DNA of 40,763 nucleotides from NCBI GenBank assembly GCA_947085095.1, contig CAMTVD010000034.1:1-40763 (forward strand), written 5' to 3'. The position numbers and the translations under genes were made by a program. This document shows, one piece after another, positions 18,882 to 29,643 of the stretch. Source of the stretch: an uncultured Thermus sp. Lineage in GTDB: Bacteria; Deinococcota; Deinococci; Deinococcales; Thermaceae. The stretch's first letter is position 1. Every line of letters starts with the position of its first letter. The notes below the pieces were generated by a model. It worked only from the letters and a program-made list of their open reading frames with translations. It did not search any database and had not been told where the DNA came from.

Positions 18882-19606
18882 ACGTGATCCCCTTGACCGA
18901 GGTGCTGGAGCTCATCCACGGCCACCAACGCTCTGGGGTTTTGGAGGTGAGTACCGGCTTTCTGCCCCTCACCCTGCGCTTCGCCGCCGGGGAGGTGGTG
19001 GGGGCCAGCATCCTGGACTGGGAGGGCCTCGAGGCCCTCTTCACCTTCCCCCTGCACCCCGAGGAGGGCTCCTTTCGCTTCCACACGGGTTCCGCAACCC
19101 CGGAAAAGCCCCTCATCCCCTTTCCCATGCTTTTGGGGGAGTGGGCCCGGGTCAACGACGAGTGGGATCGGTTCCGCACCCTTATAGACTCCCCCAGCCG
19201 GGTCCTGGAGGCCATCCGGCCCAAAGCTCCCTTGGAAGCGTTCCAGGGGGGGAAGAGCGTCCGCGCCGCCGCCAAAGCCTGGGGGGTCCCCCTCCTCATC
19301 GCCATGGAGCGGGCCTACATGGGGGTAAGGGAAGGGGACCTCTACCCCCTGCGCCGCTACGCCTGGTACGCCCTGAGGATCCGCTACCAGGGGAAAAGGG
19401 GCAAGACCCTGGAGGAGTTCGGCCAGCTTCAGGGCCTCCTGGATGGCACCCGCAACCTGGGCGAGGTGATCGCCAGCGGGGTACCCGAGGGGCTGGTGCG
19501 CCGCTACCTGGTCCAGGCCCTGTCCTCAGGCGAGCTCTCACCCCCGGGACGGGGATGGCTCCTCCGGGACCTCACCTGGGAGATGGAAAAGGAAACGAGG
19601 GCCTAG
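18866..19606 (+). CDS. DUF4388 (PatA-N-like) domain protein
   Basis: N-terminal GNLNVIPLTEVLELI...RSGVLEV...FAAGEVVGA...EGSFRF; C-terminal LLDGTRNLGEVI. Confidence 0.75.
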   Translation: MEGNLNVIPLTEVLELIHGHQRSGVLEVSTGFLPLTLRFAAGEVVGASILDWEGLEALFTFPLHPEEGSFRFHTGSATPEKPLIPFPMLLGEWARVNDEWDRFRTLIDSPSRVLEAIRPKAPLEAFQGGKSVRAAAKAWGVPLLIAMERAYMGVREGDLYPLRRYAWYALRIRYQGKRGKTLEEFGQLQGLLDGTRNLGEVIASGVPEGLVRRYLVQALSSGELSPPGRGWLLRDLTWEMEKETRA

Positions 19607-19635
19607 CTCCCCAGGCCCCTTTAGGGAAAAGCGCC

Positions 19636-19719
19636 TTACTTCTTCTTGCGGGGGCGGTATTTGCCGTAGGTGCCCCGCCAGATCTTGCCCCTGCGGGTGC
19701 GACGGTCACCCTTTCCCAT
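19636..19719 (-). CDS. thx: 30S ribosomal protein Thx (bTHX), 27 aa
   Basis: Manual translation [35 protein letters not shown]; directly downstream of rpsT. Confidence 0.95.
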
Positions 19720-19729
19720 ACCCTCCTCC

Positions 19730-20023
19730 TTAAGCGCTCACCGCGGAAAGGAGCTTCTGCACCTTGCGCGTGAGCCTGGACTTCCTGCGAGCGGCGGCGT
19801 TCTTGTGCAGGGTGGAGCCCTTGGCCGCCTTGTCAATGAGGCTTTCCGCCTTGCGCAGGATCTTGATGGCCTCCTCCGCCTTGCCTTCCTGGGCCAGGAG
19901 GACCGCCTTCTTGCTCAGGGTCTTGATGGCCGACTTCTTGGCCTTGTTGCGAAGCCGGCGCTTCAGGGACTGCCGGTGCCGCTTCAGAGCGGATAGGTTC
20001 CTCTTGGGCTTCTTCGTGGCCAT
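19730..20023 (-). CDS. rpsT: 30S ribosomal protein S20
   Basis: [17 protein letters not shown]...[22 protein letters not shown]. Confidence 0.97.
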
Positions 20024-20063
20024 TTCTCTCCCCTTCGTGCCCCCTAGGGGCAAGCCAGGCTTA

Positions 20064-20081
20064 AGTGTAGCACACCCCGCC

Positions 20082-20092
<11 letters not shown>
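20064..20092 (-). promoter_or_regulatory. rpsT-thx promoter TTGCCC-N17-TACACT with extended TG
   Basis: -35 at 20092-20087, -10 at 20069-20064. Confidence 0.55.
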
Positions 20093-21783
<1,691 letters not shown>

Positions 21784-21808
21784 GAAGGAATCCCTTTGCC
21801 CCTCCTTG

Positions 21809-21837
21809 TTGCGAATGGAGGCAAACTAGGCTAGTCT
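21809..21837 (+). promoter_or_regulatory. Promoter TTGCGA-N17-TAGTCT for the secreted hypothetical gene
   Basis: 17-nt spacing; SD AGGAGG upstream of ATG 21853. Confidence 0.45.
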
Positions 21838-21852
21838 GGGAAGGAGGCGATC

Positions 21853-22689
21853 ATGCACAAGTTTCTAGGGCTCTTGCTCCTTGGCCTGTTTTGGGCCACG
21901 GGAAGAGCGGAGACCCCGCCTTGGACCTGGGTCACCCAGGGCTTCGCTTACCGGGAGTGGGCAGGGGGCGTGGCCTTCCTCATCCAACCCCCCAGGCTCA
22001 CCCCGGAAGGGCTCCGCCAGGTGGAAGCGGTCTGCCAAGAGGTCCGCGCCAGGGCCGCTTCTAGCCTTATGGCCTGGATGGAGGCTTGCGATTTCGCCCG
22101 GGAACACGGCAGGCTCTGGCAGGACACCGGGCTCGTCCTGCGGGCCTGGGAAGGGGTTGTGGCGAAGCTCTTCGGCCAAGGGATCGTGGACCCCCACCGG
22201 GAGAGGGTGCGGAACCACCTCCTGGAAGCCTTGGAGGCCCTGCGCCAAGGCGAGGAAGGCCCTCCCGAGGACCCCTGGACGCGCCTACCCCCCAGCCTAA
22301 GGAGCCCGGACGGGGGCCTCATGGTGGGGGTGGACACCTTCCCCCTGCTCCTGGAAACCTTTGGACCAAAGGGGCTTTTCCCCAGCTGCCGCCTGGCCGC
22401 CTCCGCCATGCCCTTAGCCTCCCAGCCCGGGGCCAAGGCCTACGCCACGGCCCATTGCTCAGTTGGGGCCTTGATCTGGGGACTCGTGGAAACGGGCACC
22501 TACGCCTACGCCTCCGGCCGAGGGGATCGCCGTTTTGACCGGGGATGGCCCTCCTCGCAGAGCAGGAGTCTGGCCCAGGGGAAGGGGCCCTGCCAAAGCA
22601 AGGCCTGGGCCGCCTCCACTTACCGCTGGGAAGGCCCCCGCCTTTACGCAGAGCAACGCCTGGCCTACTCTTGGCGCTGCCTTCCCTAA
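21853..22689 (+). CDS. Hypothetical secreted protein with 6 Cys
   Basis: Signal peptide MHKFLGLLLLGLFWATGRA; strong SD; no family recognised. Confidence 0.7.
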   Translation: MHKFLGLLLLGLFWATGRAETPPWTWVTQGFAYREWAGGVAFLIQPPRLTPEGLRQVEAVCQEVRARAASSLMAWMEACDFAREHGRLWQDTGLVLRAWEGVVAKLFGQGIVDPHRERVRNHLLEALEALRQGEEGPPEDPWTRLPPSLRSPDGGLMVGVDTFPLLLETFGPKGLFPSCRLAASAMPLASQPGAKAYATAHCSVGALIWGLVETGTYAYASGRGDRRFDRGWPSSQSRSLAQGKGPCQSKAWAASTYRWEGPRLYAEQRLAYSWRCLP

Positions 22690-23240
22690 GTCCCCTCCAT
22701 GGGCCGCAAGGGAACCTCGTGCCCGGTGGCATAGAGGTCCTCCCCCTCCGCCTCGAGCCTCAGCCGAGGCAGGGGGTAGCGGGGCGGGCCGTAGACCGCC
22801 TTCCCCCCAAGGAGGGGGTCAAAGGCCCCGAAGTGGCAGGGGCACCCCAGAAAGGGCCTCTCGTAGCGGAAGTTGTAGAGGATGGAGGCGGCCTCGGGGT
22901 CGGGGACGTAGTTCAGGGTGCAGGCCTGGTGGGTGCAGATGCGGCTAAAGGCGATGTAGTGCTCCTCCCCCAGGGATAGCCCCCCGGGGGCGGGCTCGGG
23001 CAGGCGGAGGAGGAGGGCCGGCAGGGAGCCCAGGGGAAGGGGATAGGTGAAGGGCTTGACCTGCCAAACCCCAAGCTCACCCCTCCTGGCCACTCCCACC
23101 CTGGGACCCTCCTTCCAGAGGGGCTCCCCCGCCTCGGGCCGGGGGCGGAAGCGGAGGTTGTAGGCCCGCAGGCCCAACCAGGCGAAAAACCCCCCCGCCA
23201 CCGCCACGGGGACGTAGAAGAAGAGGTCGCGCCGCTTCAT
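22686..23240 (-). CDS. Rieske [2Fe-2S] protein
   Basis: CTHQAC and CPCHFG boxes, GPP..PL; KRRDLF Tat-like anchor. Confidence 0.9.
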   Translation of the reverse strand: MKRRDLFFYVPVAVAGGFFAWLGLRAYNLRFRPRPEAGEPLWKEGPRVGVARRGELGVWQVKPFTYPLPLGSLPALLLRLPEPAPGGLSLGEEHYIAFSRICTHQACTLNYVPDPEAASILYNFRYERPFLGCPCHFGAFDPLLGGKAVYGPPRYPLPRLRLEAEGEDLYATGHEVPLRPMEGT

Positions 23241-23242
23241 GG

Positions 23243-24223
23243 TTACAGGCTATCCAGATAGTCCAGGAGGGCCTTCAGCTCCTCCGGGGCAAGGGGCACG
23301 GCGGGCATGGTTCCCCGCCCCTGCAAGACGATCTCCCGCACCGCCTCCCTCGCCTTCAGGATGGGGTTCCCCTTGAGCCTGGGCCCCACGCCCCCTTCCC
23401 CCGTGGCCCCGTGACAGGCGGCGCAACGGGCCTCGTAAACGCTCCTCCCGTCCTTCCCCCCTTGGGCCTGGGCCTGGGCCATGGCGATGAGGCCCTCCAC
23501 CCTCTCCCTGGCCTCCCCGCCCGCCTCCAGGTACCGCTCCCAGGCGGCGATGGCCTCCCGGTACCTCCCCTCCTGGAAGTGGAGGTTTCCCAGGAAGAGC
23601 CAGCCTTCGGCCGCCTTGGGGTCGGCGTGCTGGGCGATCTCCAGGAAGAGGCGGGCCTCCTCGAGGCGGCCCGAGAGGAAGAGGATAATCCCCACCCGCC
23701 TGACCGCCTCCACGTTCCTGGGATCCTTCTTCAGGACCTCCAGGTAGGCCTCCGCCGCCTGCTCGTAGACCGCGAGCTCGTAGGCCCTCCGGCCCCAGGC
23801 CAGAAGGTCCGCCACCTCCCCCGTCCTCTTGGCCTTTTCCGAAAGAGCCTTGAGCTCCCGGGCCTCGGCCCGCTGGGTCACCGTGGTCTCTCCGGGCAGG
23901 CGGGGCAGGGTGTAGCGCCAAAGCCCCACCCCCAGGAGGGCCACCACCCCCAAGACCAAAACCGCAGGCAGGGGGTTGAAGGGCCTAGGCTCGGGGGGGC
24001 GGTAGCCCTCCAGGGCCCTTTCCAGCTCCACCATCCGGGCCAGGGCCAGCTTCTTCTCCTCCCCCTCGAGGGCCCCCGCCTCTTCCCGGAGAACCTCCAG
24101 CTCCTTCAGGAGCTCCTCCCTACGGGGAGGCTCAGGGAAGGGCTCCTTGGGAGCGAAAAGGGGCCTCAAGGCCAGGAAGAGGCCCAGGAGGAAGAGGAGG
24201 AGGAAGATCAGGGTGGCCGTCAT
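23243..24223 (-). CDS. ccmI: CcmI/CycH-like TPR protein with C-terminal c-type cytochrome domain
   Basis: Two TM helices, TPR repeats, CAACH heme motif plus distal GTMP Met ligand; follows ccmH. Confidence 0.75.
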   Translation of the reverse strand: MTATLIFLLLFLLGLFLALRPLFAPKEPFPEPPRREELLKELEVLREEAGALEGEEKKLALARMVELERALEGYRPPEPRPFNPLPAVLVLGVVALLGVGLWRYTLPRLPGETTVTQRAEARELKALSEKAKRTGEVADLLAWGRRAYELAVYEQAAEAYLEVLKKDPRNVEAVRRVGIILFLSGRLEEARLFLEIAQHADPKAAEGWLFLGNLHFQEGRYREAIAAWERYLEAGGEARERVEGLIAMAQAQAQGGKDGRSVYEARCAACHGATGEGGVGPRLKGNPILKAREAVREIVLQGRGTMPAVPLAPEELKALLDYLDSL

Positions 24224-24642
24224 GCCGGGGGCTCCTTCAGGCGGCGCTCCGCCTCCTCCAGAAGCTCCTTGGGAAGGGGCCTCCTGGGCCGGAAGTAGGC
24301 GAAAAGCCCCAGGCCCAACACGAGAAGCCCCGCCACGGGAAGCACCCAGACCCAGAGGGTCACCCCCCGCCGGGGAGGCTCATAGAGGATCCAGTCCCCG
24401 TACCGCTCCACGAAGAAGGCCTTGATCTCCGCCTCGGTCTTGCCTTCCTGGAGCATCTCGGCGATGATCCGGCGCATCTCCACCGCCACCCCCGAGTTGC
24501 TCTCCGCCGCCGACTCCCCCTGGCACACGGGGCAGCGGAGCTCCCGGGCGATGCTAAAGACCTCGGGAGAAAGGTCGGGCGGAGGCCCCTCTTGGGCTAG
24601 GGCGGTCAGGCTCAGGGCCAAAAGCAGCAAAAGAAGCCTCAT
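24220..24642 (-). CDS. ccmH: Cytochrome c maturation protein CcmH/CcmL
   Basis: LRCPVCQ, ERYGDWILYEPP, C-terminal TM. Confidence 0.93.
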   Translation of the reverse strand: MRLLLLLLALSLTALAQEGPPPDLSPEVFSIARELRCPVCQGESAAESNSGVAVEMRRIIAEMLQEGKTEAEIKAFFVERYGDWILYEPPRRGVTLWVWVLPVAGLLVLGLGLFAYFRPRRPLPKELLEEAERRLKEPPA

Positions 24643-25175
24643 GGGAGCATCTCCTTCAGGTACTTCTCCAGGGTGGCCTCGTCTACGGCCCCCGCGTGCC
24701 GGGCCATGACCCGGCCCTCCCCGTCAATGAAATAGGTTTCCGGAACCCCGTACATCCCGTAGTCCACCGCCACCCGTCCCCTGGGGTCAAAGACCTGGGG
24801 GAAGGTGAGGCCAAACTGGGCGATGAACCTCAAGGCCTCCGGCTCCTTGTCCTGGGTGTTCACCCCCAGGAAGAGGACCCTTTCCCGGTGCCTCCGCCAG
24901 GCGGCCTCCAGGACGGGGGCCTCCTCGTAGCAGGCGGGGTAGCACCAGCTGGCCCAGAAGTTGAGGACGATGGGCTTTTTCCCCAGGTGGTCCTCCAAGC
25001 GGAAGGCCTCCCCCCACTCGGCCCGGTAAGGGGGAAGGAGGGGCAGGGTGAAGCCGGGGGCGGGGCGCCGCTCCTTGGCCAGGACTGAGGGAAGCTCCCT
25101 AGGGTTCCTTTGCATCCCCCACCAGAAGAGGCCCGCCAAAAAGGCCACCAAGAGGAGCCAGAACCACCCCTTCAC
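24639..25175 (-). CDS. ccmG: CcmG/DsbE/TlpA-type thiol-disulfide oxidoreductase
   Basis: TM anchor, VLNFWASWC, YGMYGVPETYFID; GTG 25175 overlaps ccmF stop. Confidence 0.85.
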   Translation of the reverse strand: MKGWFWLLLVAFLAGLFWWGMQRNPRELPSVLAKERRPAPGFTLPLLPPYRAEWGEAFRLEDHLGKKPIVLNFWASWCYPACYEEAPVLEAAWRRHRERVLFLGVNTQDKEPEALRFIAQFGLTFPQVFDPRGRVAVDYGMYGVPETYFIDGEGRVMARHAGAVDEATLEKYLKEMLP

Positions 25176-27103
25176 GCCGGACTCACCCCCCTTGTCTCCT
25201 CCCGCCTCGAGGCGGGCCAGAGGATGTACAGGGTCCCCAGGGCCATGAGCCCCCCCGCCACCCAGATCCAGAGGACCATGGGGGTGACGATGAGGCGCAA
25301 GGAGGCCCACTCCCCCTTCTCCCGGTCAAAGTCCATGAGGAGGAAGTAGTAGTCGTTCCCCGGGGTGTAGATCACCCTGGGGGCGGGAAGGGGGGATTGC
25401 ATCTGCGGGTAGAAGTGGAGCCTGGGGCGGACCTCCCCGAAGCGGTCCGTGGAGAGGAGGGCCTCCACGGCGAAGCGCCGCCCCTCGTCCAGGGCCCGCA
25501 CCCCCTGAAAGGCCATCCGCACCCCCGCCACCTCCCAGGCCTGGCCCCGGTAGAGGGTCTTCTCCACCTCGAGGCGGTAGGTCTGGCTGAAGGCGATGCC
25601 CAGGGCCATGAGGGCCACGGCGAAGTGGACGATGAGGCTCCCCACCCGCTTGCGGTTTTCCATGAAGCTCAAGGGGCTAAGCCCCGCCATACGCCTCGCC
25701 CGCATCCCCTCGGCGAAGAGGAGGCCCACCGCCAGGGTGTTGTAGAGGAAGAGGCCCACGGCCAGGGAAGCCCCCAGGGTGTACCCCCTGAGGAGGGCGA
25801 GCAGGGTCCCCAGGAGCAGGGCGGAAAGGAGGAGGTACAGGTTCCGGAAGATCTCCCTTCTAGGCCTGCGCCAGGGGAGGAGGGGCCCCACCCCCATGAG
25901 GAGGAGGATCCCCACCCCGATGGGGGCCGAGACCTGGTTGAAGAAGGGAGCCCCCACGCTCACCTTGGCCCCGCTGAAGGCCTCCACCAAGAGGGGGTAG
26001 AAGGTGCCCAGGACCACCACCAGGGCCCAGCCCGAAAAGAAGAAGGCCCCGAGGAGCAAAGCCCCCTCCCGGGCAAAGGGGTGGAAGAGGGCCACGTCCC
26101 GCACCTCCCGGGAAACCCGGGAGAGGAGGCCCAGGCCCAAGGCGGTGGCGAAGAGGAAGAAGCCCAAAAAGGCCGGTCCCACCGGCCCCTCGGCGAAGGC
26201 GTGCACGGACTGGATGATGCCGCTTCGGGTGAGGAAGGTGCCCAAAACCGTGGCCGCGAAGGCCAGGGTCACGAAGGCGAAGTTCCAGGTCTTGAAGGCC
26301 CCCCGGGTCTGCTGCACGTAAGCGGTGTGGAGGAAGGCGGTGGCGAGGAGCCAGGGGATGAAGCTGGCGTTCTCCACCGGGTCCCAGGCCCAGTATCCGC
26401 CCCAGCCCAGGACCTCGTAGCTCCACCACATGCCCGCCACCTTCCCGGCGGTGAGGAAGCCCCAGGCGATCAGGGTCCACCACCGCGTCTCCTCCACCCA
26501 GGTCTGGTAGCTCCTCGTGGCCATGGCGGCCACGGCGTAGGCGTAGGGCACGGAAAGCCCCACGAAGCCCAGGTACATGAGCACCGGGTGGACGGCCATC
26601 ATCCAGTGGTTTTGCAGGAGGGGGTTAGGGCCCGTGCCGTCGGCGGGGGGGTTGGGAAGGGTGGCGAAAGGGCTCGCGATGGTGGCCATGACCCCGAAGA
26701 AGAAGACCTGGACGCCGAAGAGGACCGCGAGGACCAAGGAGGCCCGCCAGGGGTCCAGGGGCTTGCGGCTGGCCAGAAGGGTGTAAAGGGTCTGGAGGAG
26801 GCCCCAGAGGAGGATGCTCCCCTCGAGGGCCGCCCAAGGCGTGACCAGGGTCACCCACAGGGGGTCCTTGACCGAGTGGTTTTTGGCCACGTAGGCCAGG
26901 CTGAAGTCGTGGGTGAGGAGGGCCCATTCCAGGGCGATAAAGGCGGCCACGGCCCCCAAGACGGCGAGGGGGACCAGGGTCCTAGCCCCCTTCAGGAAAC
27001 GCCCATCCCCCTGGAGGTAGGCGAGAAGGGAAAGGGCCAGGCCCAAAAGGCTGAAGGCCAAGGCCAGGCTTACCCCCAGGTTGCCCAAAAGGGCCGGCGT
27101 CAT
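25172..27103 (-). CDS. ccmF: Heme lyase CcmF
   Basis: WAALEGSILLW, NPLLQN..MAVHP, WGGYWAWDPVENAS, FLTRSGIIQSVHAF. Confidence 0.97.
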   Translation of the reverse strand: MTPALLGNLGVSLALAFSLLGLALSLLAYLQGDGRFLKGARTLVPLAVLGAVAAFIALEWALLTHDFSLAYVAKNHSVKDPLWVTLVTPWAALEGSILLWGLLQTLYTLLASRKPLDPWRASLVLAVLFGVQVFFFGVMATIASPFATLPNPPADGTGPNPLLQNHWMMAVHPVLMYLGFVGLSVPYAYAVAAMATRSYQTWVEETRWWTLIAWGFLTAGKVAGMWWSYEVLGWGGYWAWDPVENASFIPWLLATAFLHTAYVQQTRGAFKTWNFAFVTLAFAATVLGTFLTRSGIIQSVHAFAEGPVGPAFLGFFLFATALGLGLLSRVSREVRDVALFHPFAREGALLLGAFFFSGWALVVVLGTFYPLLVEAFSGAKVSVGAPFFNQVSAPIGVGILLLMGVGPLLPWRRPRREIFRNLYLLLSALLLGTLLALLRGYTLGASLAVGLFLYNTLAVGLLFAEGMRARRMAGLSPLSFMENRKRVGSLIVHFAVALMALGIAFSQTYRLEVEKTLYRGQAWEVAGVRMAFQGVRALDEGRRFAVEALLSTDRFGEVRPRLHFYPQMQSPLPAPRVIYTPGNDYYFLLMDFDREKGEWASLRLIVTPMVLWIWVAGGLMALGTLYILWPASRREETRGVSPA

Positions 27104-27528
27104 TTGGCCTCCTCAATGAGCTTGCGCACCTCTTCCGGGGTCCAGCCCTCCTTGGGGGGCTGGTAGGTTTCCGAGTGCTTCACCAGGAGGTTTCCCCCCT
27201 GGAAGACTCCCTCCCGGAAGCGCCCCTCCACCACCACCCCCTGCCCCTCCTTGAACATGCCGGGGGGCGTGCCCTTGTGGAAGACGGGCACCTCGGCCAC
27301 CCCGTCGGTGAGGACGAAGCGGAGCTCCAGGCGGTCCTTGTCGTACTGGACGGTGCCCTCCTTGACCAGGCCCCCCAGGCGCACGGGGCGGTTCTGGTAC
27401 TTGTCCTGGGCCTGGAGGTACTCCGAAGGGGTGAGGAAGTAGACCAGGTTCTGGCCCAGACCGCCGAAGATCATGTAAGCGAGGGCCCCCAGGATGACCA
27501 GGATGCCCAAAAGGTACTTGCCCCTCAT
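27100..27528 (-). CDS. ccmE: Heme chaperone CcmE
   Basis: YFLTPSE, RLGGLV, PGMFKEGQGVVVEG, KHSETY (HxxxY). Confidence 0.95.
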   Translation of the reverse strand: MRGKYLLGILVILGALAYMIFGGLGQNLVYFLTPSEYLQAQDKYQNRPVRLGGLVKEGTVQYDKDRLELRFVLTDGVAEVPVFHKGTPPGMFKEGQGVVVEGRFREGVFQGGNLLVKHSETYQPPKEGWTPEEVRKLIEEAK

Positions 27529-27623
27529 CTCGCCCTCCTATAGCGCCAAAAGAGGTAGGCCAGGTAGCCGAAGACCGTGAGGTAGGTGAGGGTGTAGACC
27601 CAGGTGACGAACACCTCGTTCAT
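27525..27623 (-). CDS. ccmD: Heme exporter protein CcmD (32 aa)
   Basis: Manual translation MNEVFVTWVYTLTYLTVFGYLAYLFWRYRRAR; ATGA overlaps with ccmC and ccmE; single TM + basic tail. Confidence 0.85.
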   Translation of the reverse strand: MNEVFVTWVYTLTYLTVFGYLAYLFWRYRRAR

Positions 27624-28306
27624 GCTTCCTCCTTCCGGGCCTCGAGCAGGGCCACAAACCCCCGCAGGCGCACAAAGGCCAGGTAGAGCAGGGTGAAGAC
27701 CAAGAGGTTGAAGAGCAGGGCCTGGAGCATCTCCGGGGCCATGTGGATCTTGCCGGTGGTCAGGTCAATGGACTGGGTCTGGTGCAGGCTCCGCCACCAC
27801 TTCACCGACATGTAGCTGATGGGCACGTTGATGAAGCCCAAAACGCCCACCGCCGCCGCCGCCTTCCGCCTCAGCTCCGGGTCCTCTATGGCCCCCCTGA
27901 GGAGAAAGTAGCCCACGTAGACGGCGAAGAGGATGGCGGTGGTGGTAAGCCTGGGCTCCCAGGTCCAGTAGACCCCCCAGGTGGGCCGGGCCCAGAGCAT
28001 CCCCGTGACCAGGGCCAGGCCCATGAACACGAGGCCGATCTCGGCGCTCGCCATGGCCACCCGGTCGTGCCTGGGGTCCTGGCGGAAGAGGTAGAGGAGG
28101 GAGTAAAGGAAGGTGACGAAGAAGGCCAGGTAGCCCAGCCAAGCGGTGGGGACGTGCAGGTACATGATGCGGGCCAGATAACCCTGGTTGGCATCCGGGG
28201 GGGCGGAAAGGGCCACGTATAGGCCCACGGGGAGCAGGAGCAAACCCAGGACCAAGAAGACCCAGGTCAAGAGGTCGGGGCGGTCAGGACTGGCTGCCTT
28301 CAGCAT
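27620..28306 (-). CDS. ccmC: Heme exporter protein CcmC
   Basis: RIMYLHVP, WARPTWGVYWTWEPRLT (WWD domain), WWRSLHQ. Confidence 0.96.
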   Translation of the reverse strand: MLKAASPDRPDLLTWVFLVLGLLLLPVGLYVALSAPPDANQGYLARIMYLHVPTAWLGYLAFFVTFLYSLLYLFRQDPRHDRVAMASAEIGLVFMGLALVTGMLWARPTWGVYWTWEPRLTTTAILFAVYVGYFLLRGAIEDPELRRKAAAAVGVLGFINVPISYMSVKWWRSLHQTQSIDLTTGKIHMAPEMLQALLFNLLVFTLLYLAFVRLRGFVALLEARKEEA

Positions 28307-28362
28307 CTCGTTCCTCCATCCTTATCCAGCATAGGGCCTTTGCGGCCCAAAAGTCTGTGGGT

Positions 28363-29037
28363 CTACCCGTCTATGACCAAGGGGAAAAGAAGGGCGCTGG
28401 CCGTCACGTAGACCACGTCAAAGACCAAAAGGAGCTGCCACCAGCTGGCCACCTCGCCCCAGGGAAGCCCCTCCAAAAGGCCCGTCGTGGCCCGCACCGA
28501 GGCCAGCACCACGGGAACCACCAGGGAGAAGAGGAGGAGGGGGAGAAGGGCCTCCCGCCCCCTTAGCCGGGCCAGAAGCCCCGCGTAAAAGGTGGCCACG
28601 CTGGCGTAGCCCAACACCCCCAGGACCAGGGTGAGGAAGAGGGGCAACCCTTGCTCCAGGGGCAGGTAGAAGAGGCCCGCCGCCATGAACAGGGCCAGAA
28701 GGCTCAGGGGAAGGAGGAGGAGGACCTGGAAGAGGAGCTTGCCGAAGTAAATCCACTCCTTTCCCCCCGGGGTGAGGAGCAAGTCGTCCAGGGTGCCGTC
28801 CTCCACCTCCAGGGCGAAGGCCCGGGTGGAAAGCAGGGTGCTCATAAAGGCCAGGGCCACCCAAAGCACCCCCGGGGCCGCCCGGCGCAGGGGGCCCTCC
28901 TCCGGCCCCAGGGCCAGGGCCATGACGAAGAGCATGACCGCAAAGAAGGCCAGGAGGGAAAGGAGGCCCGAGCGGTCCCGCACCTCCAGGCGGAGGTCCC
29001 GCAGGGCCAGAAGCCACACCCGCCCCAGGGGCCTCAT
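28363..29037 (-). CDS. ccmB: Heme exporter protein CcmB
   Basis: RDLRLEVR, PGVLWVAL, EVEDGTLDDLLL, LLPLLLFSLVVPV; ATG 29037 overlaps ccmA stop. Confidence 0.93.
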   Translation of the reverse strand: MRPLGRVWLLALRDLRLEVRDRSGLLSLLAFFAVMLFVMALALGPEEGPLRRAAPGVLWVALAFMSTLLSTRAFALEVEDGTLDDLLLTPGGKEWIYFGKLLFQVLLLLPLSLLALFMAAGLFYLPLEQGLPLFLTLVLGVLGYASVATFYAGLLARLRGREALLPLLLFSLVVPVVLASVRATTGLLEGLPWGEVASWWQLLLVFDVVYVTASALLFPLVIDG

Positions 29038-29603
29038 GCTCCCCCCAGCTCGAGGCTGCGGTCCGCCACCCGTTCCGCCAAGGCCCGGTCGTGGGTGGCC
29101 AGGACCACCCCGGCCTCCCGGCGGGCCTCCTGTAGAACATCCAGGAGAAGCGCCCGCCCCTCGGCATCCAGGGCCGTTTCCGGCTCGTCCAAAAGCCAAA
29201 GGTGGGGCCTCAGCAAAGTGAGGCGGGCCAGGGCCAGGCGCTTTTTCATCCCGCTGGAAAAGGCCAAAAGGGGTAGATCGGCCGGGAGGCCAAAGCGCCC
29301 CAAGGCTCCCCGCCAGTCCCCGCCCTTGCCGTGAAAGGCCAGGTCGTAGAGGAGGTGCTCCCGGGCGGTGAGGTGGCGGTGGAAAGCGGGGGGGTTGGGG
29401 AGAAAGAGGGCCTCCCCCTTTCGCTCCACCCGCCCCCGGGTGGGCTTCAGAAGCCCAGCCAGGAGCCTAAGGAGGGTGGTCTTACCCGAGCCGTTGGGGC
29501 CCAGGAGGGCCACCACCTCCCCCTTCTCCAGGGAGAAGCTCAGGTCCCTCAAGACCCAGTCGCGGCCGAAACGCTTGGAAACGTCCGCAAGGCGCAAGAG
29601 CAT
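29034..29603 (-). CDS. ccmA: Heme exporter ATP-binding protein CcmA
   Basis: GPNGSGKT, FSSGMKKRLALAR, LWLLDEP; upstream of ccmB. Confidence 0.92.
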   Translation of the reverse strand: MLLRLADVSKRFGRDWVLRDLSFSLEKGEVVALLGPNGSGKTTLLRLLAGLLKPTRGRVERKGEALFLPNPPAFHRHLTAREHLLYDLAFHGKGGDWRGALGRFGLPADLPLLAFSSGMKKRLALARLTLLRPHLWLLDEPETALDAEGRALLLDVLQEARREAGVVLATHDRALAERVADRSLELGGA

Positions 29604-29643
29604 GCCTACACCAGTTTAGAGGTCCTAAGCCGGGACGAAGGTC

